A stretch of DNA of 64,000 bases from Macrostomum hystrix (lineage: Eukaryota; Animalia; Platyhelminthes): assembly GCA_950097015.1 (NCBI GenBank), contig CATNEN010000002.1, positions 2,914,001 to 2,978,000 of the forward strand. The letters are read 5' to 3'. Each line of letters begins with the position of its first letter. The first letter of the stretch is position 1. A program made the translations under genes and the position numbers. Of this stretch, positions 24,648-37,525 are shown one piece after another. The notes under the pieces were generated by a model that saw only the letters and a list, made by a program, of their open reading frames with translations, was not told the DNA's origin and ran no database searches.

Positions 24648-24756
24648 GCAGGGTTGCCTGGACATTTGCTGTAGCCGCACACATGTCCCGGATCTTAAAA
24701 CTGTCCACAGTCAGGTTCAGCAGCTCAGCAGCATTCAGTATTCCATTTGGCGGCAT
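24648..24756 (-). pseudogene. 5' part of the Merlin transposase displaced by the BEL insertion
   Basis: MPPNGILNAAELLNLTVDSFKIRDMCAATANVQATL joins in frame to RWLVKYGLLANTMHCGRC (11366 leftwards) when BEL and one TSD are removed. Confidence 0.85.
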
Positions 24757-24778
24757 AAATGCAGATGGGGCTGCAGGT

Positions 24779-24840
24779 CAGTGGCGTATCCAAGGGGGGG
24801 GGATGGGGGGGATACATCCCCCCCCGAAGGGCTGAAGAAA
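24779..24840 (+). mobile_element. Possible hAT-like/MITE terminus (CAGTGGCGTATCCAAGGGGG...)
   Basis: Resembles CAGTGGCG/CAGGGGCG-type termini followed by G/C runs. No matching second end found. Confidence 0.35.
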
Positions 24841-25675
24841 AAAAATTTAGGTAATTAATTTTTTACACTTTTGCTTATTTTATCAGTGACTGGAGTGACG
24901 GGAGCCTGCCTGCCACGAATGTGTGGCACGAATTCAAACGAAAAATAATATAACGAACGGAAGTAGAACATTGCCACAGTTGGCAAATTGGCAGACAGAA
25001 ACAGCTTTTTTTAACATTATCTGCCTTAAGACATCTCCTTCGGGGCTGATAGATTTGGCCAGCTCGAGAAAAAAGGCGCTCGGTGCTTGCGACGGTGTTA
25101 TGCGAAAGTAAGACTCAAGCTCATTGCATGGGGCTCATGAAGCACTGAAAATGGCCTAGAGGTGCGATTTTTTTAAGCTGTGGCAGATGGTGATGAGGCT
25201 GCATGAGTTAAGTCAGCAGGAAGGGTGTCGAAGCTGTCACCGTCATCAGCAGGATCGTCAAGCTCAAGTTCATCAACTGATTGCAGGATCGCAGCTGCTG
25301 GAAGTATGCGACACCATGTCACCTAAATCAGAGAATGAGTGCGTAAAAAGAAAGTGAGTACAGTTATTTATACTTCCGTGTAATAAATAAATATCTATAT
25401 ATAACTGTAAAAATACATTAATATTCATAGTAATCCTATAACTATAAGTTCTGTAATATTATGTATGATTCTTTCTTACAAAATATGTTTGAGTAATCCT
25501 CAGGGAACTTGCTGGCCGGAGCTTTGCGATTTCGTGTTGATTTGCGTTGCATTGTTTTAGAATGACTGAAAGAAAGGTATTCATTCTGGAATCAGGTCTT
25601 AATTTGAGATGCCCATACATTAGCAATTATGCCATAAACAATATCTGATATACTAGAAATTTTCACAGTATAAAA

Positions 25676-26062
25676 TGTAGGAGTTTTAGGTCGTAAAAGT
25701 GATTAAGTGCAAGGCGGTGGTTCTTTTGGTTTGTTCAATCGATCTTGTAACCAAGCCAGGCAGTAAAGATTGTCCGCGGTGGGCATCGTTTATTTATAGT
25801 CAGCCGGAGCATCGCCGGAAACTTCTGGAACATTATGCGCATTACAACATAATACGAGGAGTTGTAAAATAGTTATTCTTATTAATTCTGTATTATTTGT
25901 TTGATGTACTAAATTACAACAATTAAAAAACATTGAAATAATGTAAATACGAGTATTGAAATGAAGTCAATAGAACATTCTAGAATTTAAATCGTACTTT
26001 GCTAGAGAAGTTTCTAGAAATTACTTATCATACGCTATCGAACTTTCGCGAAGGTCACTACA
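25676..26062 (-). mobile_element. Solo LTR (TGTAG...CTACA, 387 bp), diverged relative of 35533-35922
   Basis: Colinear similarity with 35533-35922, including GCAAGGCGGTGGTTCTTTTGGTTTGTT, TTATTTATAGTCAG and CGAACTTTCGCGA. TSD imperfect (AAAA/AATA). Confidence 0.8.
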
Positions 26063-26310
26063 AATATGTATATAAGAAATTTGTAACACTGGCCTGTCAT
26101 ATTGCTACTACACATTAAATTATTTCATGTCGTGTTCATATTTGAGCTTTTCATTTTAATTGAACACTACAAACACAAAAAAGACGAGTACTTTACACAA
26201 AAATCATGGCCAAAAGTTGCCTATTTTTTTATTCTAATTAGAAAAGAAATCATTGTAGCATAAAGCGATTATAGTTATTACCTTGTGTGCTAGTATTAGA
26301 AGTCTGTGGT

Positions 26311-28650
26311 TTAATCGTGCATGTATGAATAAATAGGTACAATAGCAAAAATGCGATCGGCACGCCATGGAACAAGCATACAGGGTGCGAGAAAACTTCT
26401 GCGTTGAACTGAGATATATGGAGCAGGTAATGAAGTGTCATATAGGTTGTATGATAAAAAACTACTCTTTGACTGTATCGTCCAGAACACCAATCCATTC
26501 GGTCTCAGAATTGTCCAGTGGAGTAGCGTCGACAGACTGGAAGGAGTCGCGAATAACTGGACCGAGGGGTTGCAGAATTCGTACAAAAGCTGTTTCGTCG
26601 GTTAATTCTTCAACCATACAAATTTACTTCGTGGATAAAAAAACAAGAGTTAGTGCTGTTGTGGAAATCTTCTGTGGTAGTGCGGTACAATGATTTGACG
26701 CTGTCGCCCATTACGAGTCTCGCGTCCTTGACAATTAGTTGTAGAGATTTATGTACAGCTTTGGAAGAGGATGCTGACAATGCACGGATCAGTTGCTTCG
26801 ACTGAATACACTTCTCTACAACTTGATTAGCGTAGCCTGTAGTACCAGTTACATACTTCTTATAGCGACCAATTGCGCTCTCGAACCCATACATTGACGC
26901 TACCGAAATCGGACCGTATTGCTCATAGAGTGATGGAAAGTGGGACAAAAAATGGAAATTAATGCGACACAATCTCTCACCATATAGAGAAGGTAATGTC
27001 TGCAGGATTTTTCTTCGCAAATAAGCGATTCTTTCACACGCAGAACGTTGATGAAACAGTAGACCGTACAAAATGCTAAGAGAAGCGATGAAGCAACGCA
27101 ATATATTCTTGGAAGTCGATCGAAGCAGTATTGGAACAGCAGCATACAGGAAGAAATTCCTATAATGTTTTCCCTTCCACATGGACTGCTTAAGTAGCGG
27201 TGGTGGCAAAGAAAAACCTTTGGGTGTTCTGCAGGTTGATAAGACTCTACCGATGAAAGAAATTGCGGAGACAGAAAGAGAGCAAGGCAAACCACTTTCA
27301 ATCATTTTGCTAATAACTGACTTGCACTGACCTTCAAAAAAGGCATGCATAGGATCAATAATATTGCCCTCCGGAAACTTCACACATTGTAGCATTGCGG
27401 CTTTGCCATAGACGCCGAACACTGCAACTCCACGACGCATGGCAGACTCAGCATGTTCCATGTGCAGTGGAGAAGATCGGAGAGGATACTCCGTCAGAAA
27501 ATTATCATTGCTGGTGATAAAAATGCGAACATGACCTTTCTCTGAGACCTTTAGTGTCTCTCCAGGATGCCAGCATTTTGGACAACCAAAATATCCATTG
27601 AATTGGTGAAACTTGAAAATTTGTGCTAACGCTGGTAGATCGGCCATGAAAAACGAAAAGTGAATGATGAAAGGACGTTGTCCGTGAGTAAACTTTCTGC
27701 TCAGACGTGAAAATAAAATAGGCCAATTTTTTCAAAGTGCGGCTTTTTCGCGCTCTTGATCATCGCAAGCAAGACAATATTCGCAAATGCCTGTCTATCG
27801 GTAGGACTTATGTTTAGGATCTGAGCCTGAACAGGCCAAAAAGACTTCTCAGTGGTTCTCACGAATTTTGCCCCATCAGCACAGACGAGGAGATGGACAT
27901 GGCTGCAATCGTCGGAAGACCTCTGCAACCGTTCATCAAAAGCCGATGCACTGTTAAGAACGTCGCTTCCAGGATTCTTTAACAAATGGTCTTCGTATTC
28001 GATAAATTGAGCAAACATTCTACTCATGATATCTTTGACTTGAGTGCTGAGCGATGGTACAACAACTTGACTGCGATGTGCATGCGCACCTGCGACACAT
28101 TCTGTGGGGCAAATCTGACAAACATAAAACTTTTCCACCGCTACAATACTACCTAGATCGATAGAGAAACGCTTGTCCATTATTCGATGGAGCGCCTGCA
28201 CGTTTGGTGGCAAGTTGTTTCCATTTCCCATAATTTTCTGCAGTCGAAGATTTACATCTAGCGCGGCATCACTGACACCGGACATGACGGCCCACAGGTA
28301 CGTCAGTGCAGCACGAGTAGCATCATCTTCGATTCCAGTAACGAATGGTACTTGAGGGTCACCCTCATCCTCAAAGCAGTCAGCAGCACCGCAATTACCG
28401 GCAGATGGGGTGTCATTTGGCACACCAGTCCTCATTCAGTGCATCGCCTTGGGTGCCACAAGCAGAAAGGAGCTCACTTGGTGTGCCGCCCTCATCAATT
28501 GCATCGCTCTGGGTGCCACAAGCAGAAAGAAGATTACTTGGTGTGCCGCCCTCATCAATTGCATCGCTCTGGGTGCCACCAGCAGAAAAGGGTGTGCCAC
28601 CCTCATCATCGGCGTCACTCTGCATGGTTTCCACCAACAGAATGGATGTC
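26311..28650 (-). pseudogene. Second, divergent CMC/EnSpm-type transposase (frameshifted)
   Basis: LLVCADGAKF..SFWPVQAQILNI, MADLPALA..FNGYFGCPKC, IDPMHAFFEG, WKGKHYRNF, INFHFLSH, SMYGFESAIG. Element ends not found. Confidence 0.88.
28430..28620. repeat. 60-bp coding tandem repeat x3 (GTQSDAIDEGGTP) in the transposase N-terminal region
   Basis: GCATCGC(C/T)(T/C)TGGGTGCCAC at 28441, 28501 and 28561. Confidence 0.9.
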
Positions 28651-29142
28651 ACACTGAGCTTGTGATTTTGACTTGATGAATGATGGCTGAAAAGAGTTAT
28701 CAGGCAACTTTACTTAGTTAAAGTAAAGGGACACTGTATTGGAACTACAGTTATTGTTGAACCCTAGATCTGAATTTGAGTGGTATATTATTCCATTGTA
28801 TTGTTAAGGATTGAAAGGGGATTTAACAAGTTCAAGAACTCATAAGCTCAAAACTGCACAAGCTCAAAGCTTCCAAAACTTGAAACTTCATAAGCTTAAA
28901 ATTTCAGTAAAAAATTTCACAAGCTGAATTTTAATTACCTTAATAGAGTAAAAGCCTTGTAACATTGCAACCTTGTAACATTTAATTAAATATGTAATGA
29001 ATCCCAGTTTTTTCATCCAAAAGTTTTTAGCATACCAAAAGAAAATACAAAACAGTTGAATTTTCAATGTCATAGATTTCAAAGCAATGGTATATAGGCT
29101 ATTTATGAAGTTTGTCATAAAAATATACCATATTGTTGTACC

Positions 29143-29728
29143 TGTGGTAGCGTGGCACACACAAATGGTGAAAATAACCAAGACAGGAACTAGATTCAGA
29201 GAGGAAAGTATCCGGCCTCAACACTGGTGCTTCGTCGCAGTGGAAGCAACCCGGTAGTCAGGCTCCGATTGCTAAGTAATCTCGTACTCCCTGTAGTCGA
29301 ACTACGTCTTGTTAGCTCTTATGGACCTTACACTCAAACGGGCTATACACAATGCTTCTAAATGCTATGTATAGCCTAGTTTGACAATAGATTGCTAAAG
29401 TCACAAGAGGCAAAGGCAAATGCAAAGCGCCAAATGCTAAACGCAGAGGCAAACGCAAACGCATGAAGAAAAACAGTCCACACAGTGCCATCAAAGTAGA
29501 GAATGCGTGCTGCCATAATGCTAACACAACCCGGTGTATTCGTCAGACTGTGCTCTACTTATAGTAGGAGCATTTGAGCGATATTCTGCCAGTCTTCTTC
29601 CGAACCGAAGCGATTGCACCATGGCGTGCAATGTGACTCAGTGCGCAGACAGAGCTGGAACGAGAGAGAGAAAGAGGAGGGGGTGGCGAGCGGAGGTGAA
29701 TGTGCACGGGAACCACAAACTACTTACA
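29143..29728 (-). repeat. Probable 3' LTR of Gypsy copy 2
   Basis: Minus strand reads TGTAAG...CGCTACCACA directly after a polypurine tract. No partner LTR in the window, so the left edge is tentative. Confidence 0.6.
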
Positions 29729-30227
29729 CCCCAGCCCTCCCAGACACCTAGGACAGCATGACTCACAGATTGCCTGGAGGCTGCTCAGCAGTCTACAGCA
29801 CATCACTCTCCTCCAGCTAAAGGATGACGGTCAACACCGGCTGGCCGTCAGCCGCACGTAAATCCAAAACAGGTATGTCCTTTTTATTTACTTTTTAACA
29901 AAAAGAGAACACAAACACACAAGAACAAATAGGACACCACTAAACAACAAGAACAAGGCAAATCGTTAAACATCAGTCAGCGAATAATAATAGTCACTTA
30001 GTCCGTGAGCTGAATAACAGAGACCATTTGGTCAACAATGGCGCATGCTCCATTCCTCATGGCGCAAATGAATAGAAATTGTCAGGCAGTCAAAATACAA
30101 CAAAACAAAGGGGGCACAGGCTTGTGACATAGACAACGCTAGGCCACACAGGCCTACTTCAGTAAAGGACAGAAAATAGAAAAAGGGGGCATTCTCAAGA
30201 GTAGGAGCTTACTAACATATCCAGCCT

Positions 30228-31132
30228 TTAAAACCTCGCCATACGGACCAAGGCCTCGGGGTACCAAGCCCCTTCAACCAATTCAATGACGGCCCATATC
30301 GAGCCACCAGGTGATATGGTGTCCTGGCCGGGCCTCCGATCATCTGCTCCGCTCGAATTGCTGCCTCTTGGAGCATCTCTTGTCGTGTAGCCCGCTGCTC
30401 TTCCATAAACGCTCGCTGCGTGGCGGCCGGCCAACCCTCATCTAGCTGTCCGCGAGTGGCCCGAGCCAGGGACTCAGCCACCGCCTGAGTGGCCGTCTCC
30501 CGGTCTGGAGCCCGCAGGCCCCACTGGGCTCGCCTCTGGCGACGTTTCTGGGCGCCCCCTCGCCGTCGTCTCGGTCGCACTGGCTCCTCTGCTTCCTCGC
30601 TCGATGACGAGCTTTGCGGTAGAGGTATCTCCAACCTCGGCGGTGCCGCGGGACCTTCTGCTTGCACGTGCTCATCCGATCCCTGGTCCGAGTCAGGATC
30701 AGACACACCTTCATCGTCCGAAGGCATGCCGTCCTGCAACTCGGGCCATAGATCTTCATCCGGATCGGCTTGAGCCTCATCGGACCCGCTGCTGCTGCTA
30801 GTTACCACTGGCCTGCGTACCTGTACACAGGCGTCTGCGGTGTCAGGCACCACCTGTACCGCCATATGCCGTCTCTTCGGCACTGGCCCAGCTGCAACAC
30901 CAGCAGGGCGCTTGACTGCCTGCTGTAATCGAGGTAGTGACGGCATGAAATGCTGATGCCAATTTGGCGAGCGCTGACCCAAAGAGAAGGGCGCACTTTG
31001 GCCAAATTGACTCCTCAGAAGTTCAACCCGCCTACTCACCTCCACCGGCACACCGACTTTCCTGACCACCCCCATGAGACGTGGGCGCGTTGGTAGCCGC
31101 TCTTCGGGGATCCTATTTTCCTTATCGTCCAT
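30228..31132 (-). pseudogene. Gypsy ORF3, copy 2 (frameshift near 30290)
   Basis: MDDKENRIPEERLPTRPRLMG... The homologous C-terminus ELVEGAWYPEALVRMARF (copy 1: ELVEGWWLRESLMRMAPM) lies in the shifted frame. Confidence 0.8.
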
Positions 31133-31321
31133 GTTCTTTCTATGTTTTGTTTTAAGGCTTCTTCACGCCAAGTTTCGGGCAATAGGAATCGCTGAACATT
31201 GTAGGTGGGCCATATATTGCTCTGATGAAGTAGGATTTCCTGCTAGGATCCACCTGTAGCCTCGCGGGTTCTCGCCTAACTCTCTGCGGCCTTTGCCGCG
31301 GCTCTTGATCCCTAGCCTCAC

Positions 31322-33265
31322 CTACTTCCTGATTCTGAGCAGCCTCACCTTCTTCTTCGACCCTAACACCATCAGCAACTTACCCGTGCACAGAGGATGG
31401 GATAGGGGGCAGGGTTGGAGAGGGCAACGGACTGTCCGACGGCAGGACAACCGCATCACCTGACGCCTCCCCCGCCTCTCATGGCCGACCTCATGGCCGA
31501 CTAGCTCGTGGAGACTCGACCCGGAGCCAACTCGTGATCGCATGTGCCACCTACGAGCGCTCCACAGGCCGATCTCATCGTCGTAGTCGTCATTGCTGTC
31601 TTCTGGCTCGCCGGACGCGTCAGCTGTCAGGGAGTCACCCTTGGGTCTCCTTCCGAGCTTCCGCCGTGCCGTGCTCGCCACCTCCGTCTCACTGCACATC
31701 GAGGCCGGTACCGGGAGCAGGTTGCGCCGATGAACTACCAGCACCTGCTTCCTGGCCTTCTTGGTGTTGCCGTGTCGCCTGATCTTATAGACTGTCTCGC
31801 CCTTGTTCTCGAGCACTACGTAGACCGACTGTCGGGGCCGATGGAACTTGCTGATCTCGCCGGACTCGATCACCCGGTTGTTGAGTAAGACCAGCTGGCC
31901 CGGGCGGAGTAGTTTCGCCTGCGGTCTTTCCTGATAATGCTCCTCTCGCAGCACCTGATATCTTTCGAGCTTGTCCCGGGCACAGTCAACAGCCTGGTTG
32001 ATGCGCTCCTGGAACTGTCGGAGGTAGTCTGGAAGGTCTGCGTATTCAGCCAGTGCAGTCAACGTGTTGTCCACGGACAGCCGGTACTCCCGTCCGAAGA
32101 CCAGGAAATACGGCGTGTACCCGGTCACAGGATGGACACTGGTGCGCAACGCGATTAAGCACGCGGGCAGCATCAGGTCCCAATCCCTGTGATCCTTTTC
32201 CAACAAACACGTGAGCACTGACTTAATCTGGCGATTCAGATTCTCAACCTGGCCATTGCTGGCTGGGTTGTAGGGACACGTGTGCGTGTGACGGATTCCG
32301 TACAGCTTACAGAAGTCTTCAAACTCTGCGCTCATGAAGTTCGTCCCCTGGTCCGTGTGCAACCAAGCTGGCGCACCGTACTCGGGAATAAACCGATCTA
32401 GCAGCAGTTTGAGCACTGTCTTGGTCTTCTGGTTCCTCATCGGGTAGGCGAACGGGTACTTCGATGTTGCATCACACAGGGTTAGGATGTACCGATGTCC
32501 TCGGGCGCTTAGTTGTGACAAAGGCCCGATCACGTCGGCATGCACCCTTCCCAATACCTCACACACTGGAAAGTTCTGCGGTGGGACCACCTCCTTCCGC
32601 CTCGACTTACTCTCCAGGCATGTCCTGCAACGCGCAACGTACCCCGTTGCCTCCGTCCAGAGACCGGGTCTCCAGAACCTGTCTCTCACTCTCTGCACCG
32701 TCTTGGACTGGCCGAGATGACCCGCCAAATGTGAGTCATGCAAGGCCTCAAAGACGCGCGAGTCTAATGCTTTCGGTAGCACCGGTCGCGGCGGCCGGTT
32801 ATCATCAAAGTCAATGACGAGTAACCCGTCGCGCACCTCCAGCTCCTCAAATGCACCCAGCAGGTCTCTGACCTCCTTCGGCATCTGGAGTCGCTGATCG
32901 AACCTGGGCTTTTCCCTTCCTGAGAGCTTCAGTTCCGTCAGGTAACGGATTGCCGGGTCTTGGTGCTGAGCTTCTAGCAACTCGACCTGGCTAACCGGCA
33001 CCCTCAGGAACTCTGTCACCACTGCTCTTACCGGAGGCAGCTCTCCACTGTCTTCGTCCTCCTTGTCCTTGGACCCAGGAGCCCTGGCAGCAGGGGGTGT
33101 CCTTGACAGGCGAGACTGGTCGCAACGAGTCTGACAACTCCCCTCCACCTCTGCTCCCTGTCCCACGGAGAGACCAACAGTCGGCAGGCAGGACTGGCTG
33201 CAACGAGCGGGCACCTTTTCCTTTACCTCTGAGCCTTCCGCCACCACCTGAGTCTGCACCTGTGC
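31322..33265 (-). pseudogene. pol: Gypsy pol fragment with an uninterrupted integrase reading frame
   Basis: HHCC, VHADVIGP, TDQGTNF, QVENLN and a GPY/F-like region in one frame. The upstream pol is missing. Confidence 0.92.
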
Positions 33266-35532
33266 CGAACCAATCATGCATGTTTTATCTAAAACATTTG
33301 ATAGACTCAACAAAGGCCCACGGTAGGATGTAGTTAGTCCTTGTGCGAGTGAAAGCGTTAGAAAAGTAAATTAAATTTGCAAATTTTCAAATTTTTACAG
33401 GCATGTATTATCCTTGTATACACGGATCATGCATGTTTTTACAATGAAAAAAGGTCCTAGGTACTAGATCACTGCTAATGTTTAAAATCGAAAGAAAATA
33501 AACTTCCACTTCTTAGAGTTTGCAATAAGACGCTCATCGAAATTGTATTCGTTCTCAGCGCTAAGAATAGCTCGTCTGTCAGCACATGCAGCGTGACCGG
33601 ATACGTCAGACGTTATGCCATCTCCAGCAGCCTTATAAAGGCGCAAGAGCGACACTTGTCTGCCAAATTCATTAATAGGTGCTCCCGACCAAGAAGGTGA
33701 ATTCTGCTGGGCCATACTTTAACGATTCGCTTAAGAAACATGAAATCTGGGTTGGTAGACAATATTGGACTGACGTTCGTAATGAGAGATTTTATCTTGT
33801 CAAAGAAACCACAAGTGACTCGGAGTCTCACTCCTTTAAGTGAGTGAAACCAGGCCCAAACGGGGTAGCATCCATATCGGAATCCTTTCGGACTAGCATG
33901 CGATCGGCAAAAGTAATAAAGGCGACCTATGCACAATAAAAAACGTGTCAAGACATTGTATTCCCCATGCCTGCCTGGCACTTCAAAATCAAAATCTGTG
34001 TGGCACTCCAAATCTAAACTGTTGTATGGTCGTCTGAGGTCTTTAGCGCTGGTCCGCTCCTTTAGCGCTCCAGCACAATTTGAGTAAGACAGCCTAAGGC
34101 TTAGGAACGCATCGTCGTTGGGTCGCAATCCCGTCATTATTCCGTGTAGCTGTTGACGCCCATGAAGGCCGGAAACGTTAGTCAATGCTTGGCCCAGCTG
34201 TTACGCCGCTGGCAATCTACGAGCTGTAAGCTGTAAGCTCGTAAGCTGCGGCTTCATGCAAACTGCATTTTGACGCTTTCGGCAATTTCATTAAATTATT
34301 TGTCAATTTGCCTTAATCGTTTCCGGTGATCTTGTGTGCGTGCTTTCAGCTTGATTGGCTTGATTGGCTCGCTTCGCTCGCTCTTTCTCGCTATCTACTA
34401 TCTATTGCCAGGACCTGCACCGGAGCGGTTACGAAAATTAGATTTCTCGGTAGTTGCACGCACTCTTTTGCACTGCTTGAGTAGTCTGATTTTTGTACGG
34501 CATGGCTGGTTCCAGCAGGTAGTTCCTCTGGATAAAAGCGCTTACCGCGCCCATTGACTTTCCAGCTGCCTTAATCGTTTCCGGTGATCTTGTTTGCGTG
34601 CTTTCAGCTTGATTGGCTGCGGCAAGCTACTATCTACTACCATGTGGCGGATTCCACAATGGCGCTGCTTCCCCATCCCAGACGTACTCAATTATACGCG
34701 AGACAAGGTGATTTTCTGCTTGCCTCAGCCACAACTCTGACTCTCGCTGCACAAACCGGGGCGATGCAGCATGCTGGTGGGTAAATTGACGTTTCTTGAC
34801 GTTATAAATAGCCTCATCGCTGGACAACACCTCATCAGCATATCAGGGCGGCCAGTTCTTTTCTTCCTAAGAATATGTTCATAGGCTGTAGTGACAGTCG
34901 ACAATCGGTAGAGCACAAAGATTGTTTATACTTTTTTCTCTGACCAATGCCATCCATCTTGGGCTGCTTCATTAGAACATAACGATAGAAACGGAAGCAC
35001 TCGTGGGCTTTATCCGTGGTGTAGAACTTGCATCTAGGCATACTGCAGTGTGAATAACTGCAGCAAAAACATTGGCACAGAAGGAGTTGCAGCTGCAACT
35101 CTTTCATTGCACGCCTAAGTCATACTGACTGACTCAGACTGAGTGTCCAAATCACAACTCGTTGGATCTTTAGCAACAGAAGCCAGATTATCTTCATTCG
35201 CAAAGCGAGTGGCAATTAACGTACAAACATAGTTTGGCATTCACGTTTGACGGTTGGAACCATTCCACTTAACGGCCATCGACCAAAGCAAGTCCATAGG
35301 CTTGCCAGAATCACCAGTCGTGCGTAGCTAAAATGTCCGATTCAGATATTCTGCCAGCAAACTTGCAATACCCGGTATGTGGGGGTAGTTAAAGCGAAAA
35401 TATTTTTAACAGCTGCTGCAGCAGAAATAGCGGCCAATCCACTGCATAATTAAGAGTAATGCTAATCGCAAGCACGCTGTTTGGCTCCCGCAAAAAAGTG
35501 TTTTCTTGATTCAAAGCCCATTTATAGTGACG

Positions 35533-35922
35533 TGTAGAAGGTTTTAAGTAGTAAAAGAGGTTAAGAGCAAGGCGGTGGTTCTTTTGGTTTGTTTAATTGA
35601 TCTTGTAACCAAGTCAAAGGGGGGAATGGAGAGGCGTAAAGGTTATCCGCAGTGGCCGTCGTTTATTTATAGTCAGACAGAGCATTGCCGGAAACTTCTA
35701 GAACATTCTGCGCATTATAACAAAACAGGTATAAATTATTTATTCTAGTTAGTTCAGTATTATTTTTTTGTTGTACTAAACTACTATAATTAATAAAACA
35801 TAGAAATAATATAAATGCGAGCATTGAAATTAAATCATAGAAAATTCAAAAGCTTTAAATCGCACTTTACCGAAGAAGTTTCTAGAAATTAATTATTATC
35901 GAACTTTCGCGACGTCACTACA
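35533..35922 (-). mobile_element. Solo LTR (390 bp) with 4-bp TSD GACG
   Basis: TGTAG...CTACA termini; GACG at 35529-35532 and 35923-35926; TATA-like CTATAAAT on the minus strand. Confidence 0.88.
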
Positions 35923-35926
35923 GACG

Positions 35927-36555
35927 ATTATGCAATAACAGCTCGACCACTGTGCGCTCTCTGAGCTCCAGTGTGAAAGCATGGTGTTGTACTCGCGACT
36001 TCCCGGAGGGGTGCCCCTAGGAGGGTCAGAGTACGCGGGCCCGTGCTGGCCTGCGTCAGGGCGCGAGTGTCCGCACGGGACCCTAAGTCTGGGGCGTCAG
36101 GACGCACCCAAGTGGCCGGCACACGCGTCGGGACGCTGTGATGTCGATCACCCTTCAGCGGGGTGTCAGGGCGCACGAGCTGGCGTCTGAGTACAGCGGG
36201 CGTACAATACAGGGTGACCCCTGGCTGGCTACCTGGTCTAGTCCCCCTCCTTAGTCGGCGTCAGGACACACGGACGGTCCCCACTACAGCCCCCGAAATG
36301 AAGGAGACAAGGCAGCGACTTACTTCTGGTTCACTCGCACTCGTGCGTGTAGTCAACTTCGTGCAGCGGACTTCTGATTGCGGCTGGCAGACCGGGTGGT
36401 CGATATTTATTAGTTATTATTTGTGCGTGGGGGACGGGTTATGGAAACAGAGTCAGGAGTTGTAGAGCGTGAACACGCGCACGGGGCAGCCACCCGCCCC
36501 CGGCCGCGCCTTTATAGGACACGGCTCACCAAGGACCGGGGCCCCCTATAGAGTA
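35927..36555 (-). other. GC-rich LTR-like or promoter-like segment of unresolved origin
   Basis: Minus-strand TATAAAGG (~36511) and AATAAA (~36405) about 100 bp apart, plus a GC box. No termini identified. Confidence 0.3.
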
Positions 36556-37200
36556 CTGAATGACACGAGCTGGACAATATGACACGGTTGGACAAAATGA
36601 CACGACTTTTTAGGGGGGGTGAATGAAGATGACCTGAAGCGGACAATATGACACAATGTGCATTTTGAAGAATGCTTAATTGGAAAATTTTAACAAACCT
36701 ATCCAAATTATAAAAGTATATTTTCACATACTACTTTCCCAAGAAAAATTGAGTCGCTGTTTTTGAGTAGGTATTGAGTAGCTGTTGTTTTCTCAGAGCT
36801 TGCTTTAGACAGACCTTTCATCCAGCATGAATTTGGAAAACAATTGATTTGACTGCATTGTAAGAGTCAGAAACTGGCGGGATGGAGGAAAAAAGCTTTA
36901 TCGTACGAACTATATTGATTGCCTATACAGAAGGTGGCGCCTCGATATACTGTAGCTCAATTATTGTCATTTTTCCCACAGTATAACATTAATAGAAGAT
37001 ACCTATGAACAACCCGCTTTGGAAGTTTCGGCCACACAGAAGAAATGGCACGATTGATTCAGTTGCAGATTATTAATAAAGACGGTGTATTCTCATTTGT
37101 GGAATGTGCTAATGATAACCGCGATGCCAGTTAAAAGGGGCGTATATGGATGGAAATAGGAGACAGGAGATAGGAGGCAGAAGAGATAGGGAAGAGTAAC

Positions 37201-37505
37201 AGCAGAGAGTGGAGAAAGCAGAGAGTGGAGAAAGCAGAGAGTGGAGAAAGCAGAGAGTGGAGAAAGCAGAGAGTGGAGAAAGCAGAGAGTGGAGAAAGCA
37301 TAGAGTGGAGAAAGCAGAGAGTGGAGAAAGCAGAGAGTGGAGAAAGCAGAGAGTGGAGAAAGCATAGAATGGAGAAAGCAGAGAGTGGAGAAAGCAGAGA
37401 GTGAAGAAAGCAGAGAGTGGAGAAAGCATAGAATGGAGAAAGCAGAGAGTGGAGAAAGCAGAGAGTGGAGAAAGCAGAGAGTGGAGAAAGCAGAGAGTGG
37501 AGACA
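37201..37505. repeat. 16-bp minisatellite AGCAGAGAGTGGAGAA, ~19 copies
   Basis: Direct reading; period 16. Confidence 0.95.
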
Positions 37506-37525
37506 GCTGATTGTGGAGACTGGAG

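Larger units (their letters stand above)
29143..33265 (-). mobile_element. 5'-truncated Gypsy element, copy 2 (integrase, ORF3, PPT, probable 3' LTR)
   Basis: High similarity to 2141-4270. PPT-like GGGAGGGCTGGGG (29729-29741) abuts TGTAAG on the minus strand. Confidence 0.88.

Noticed and set aside
33480-35500. Coding-like ORFs (33613-34185, 34835-35107) and a 50-bp direct repeat (34311/34568)
   Set aside because: No recognisable motif and no consistent splice model; left unassigned.
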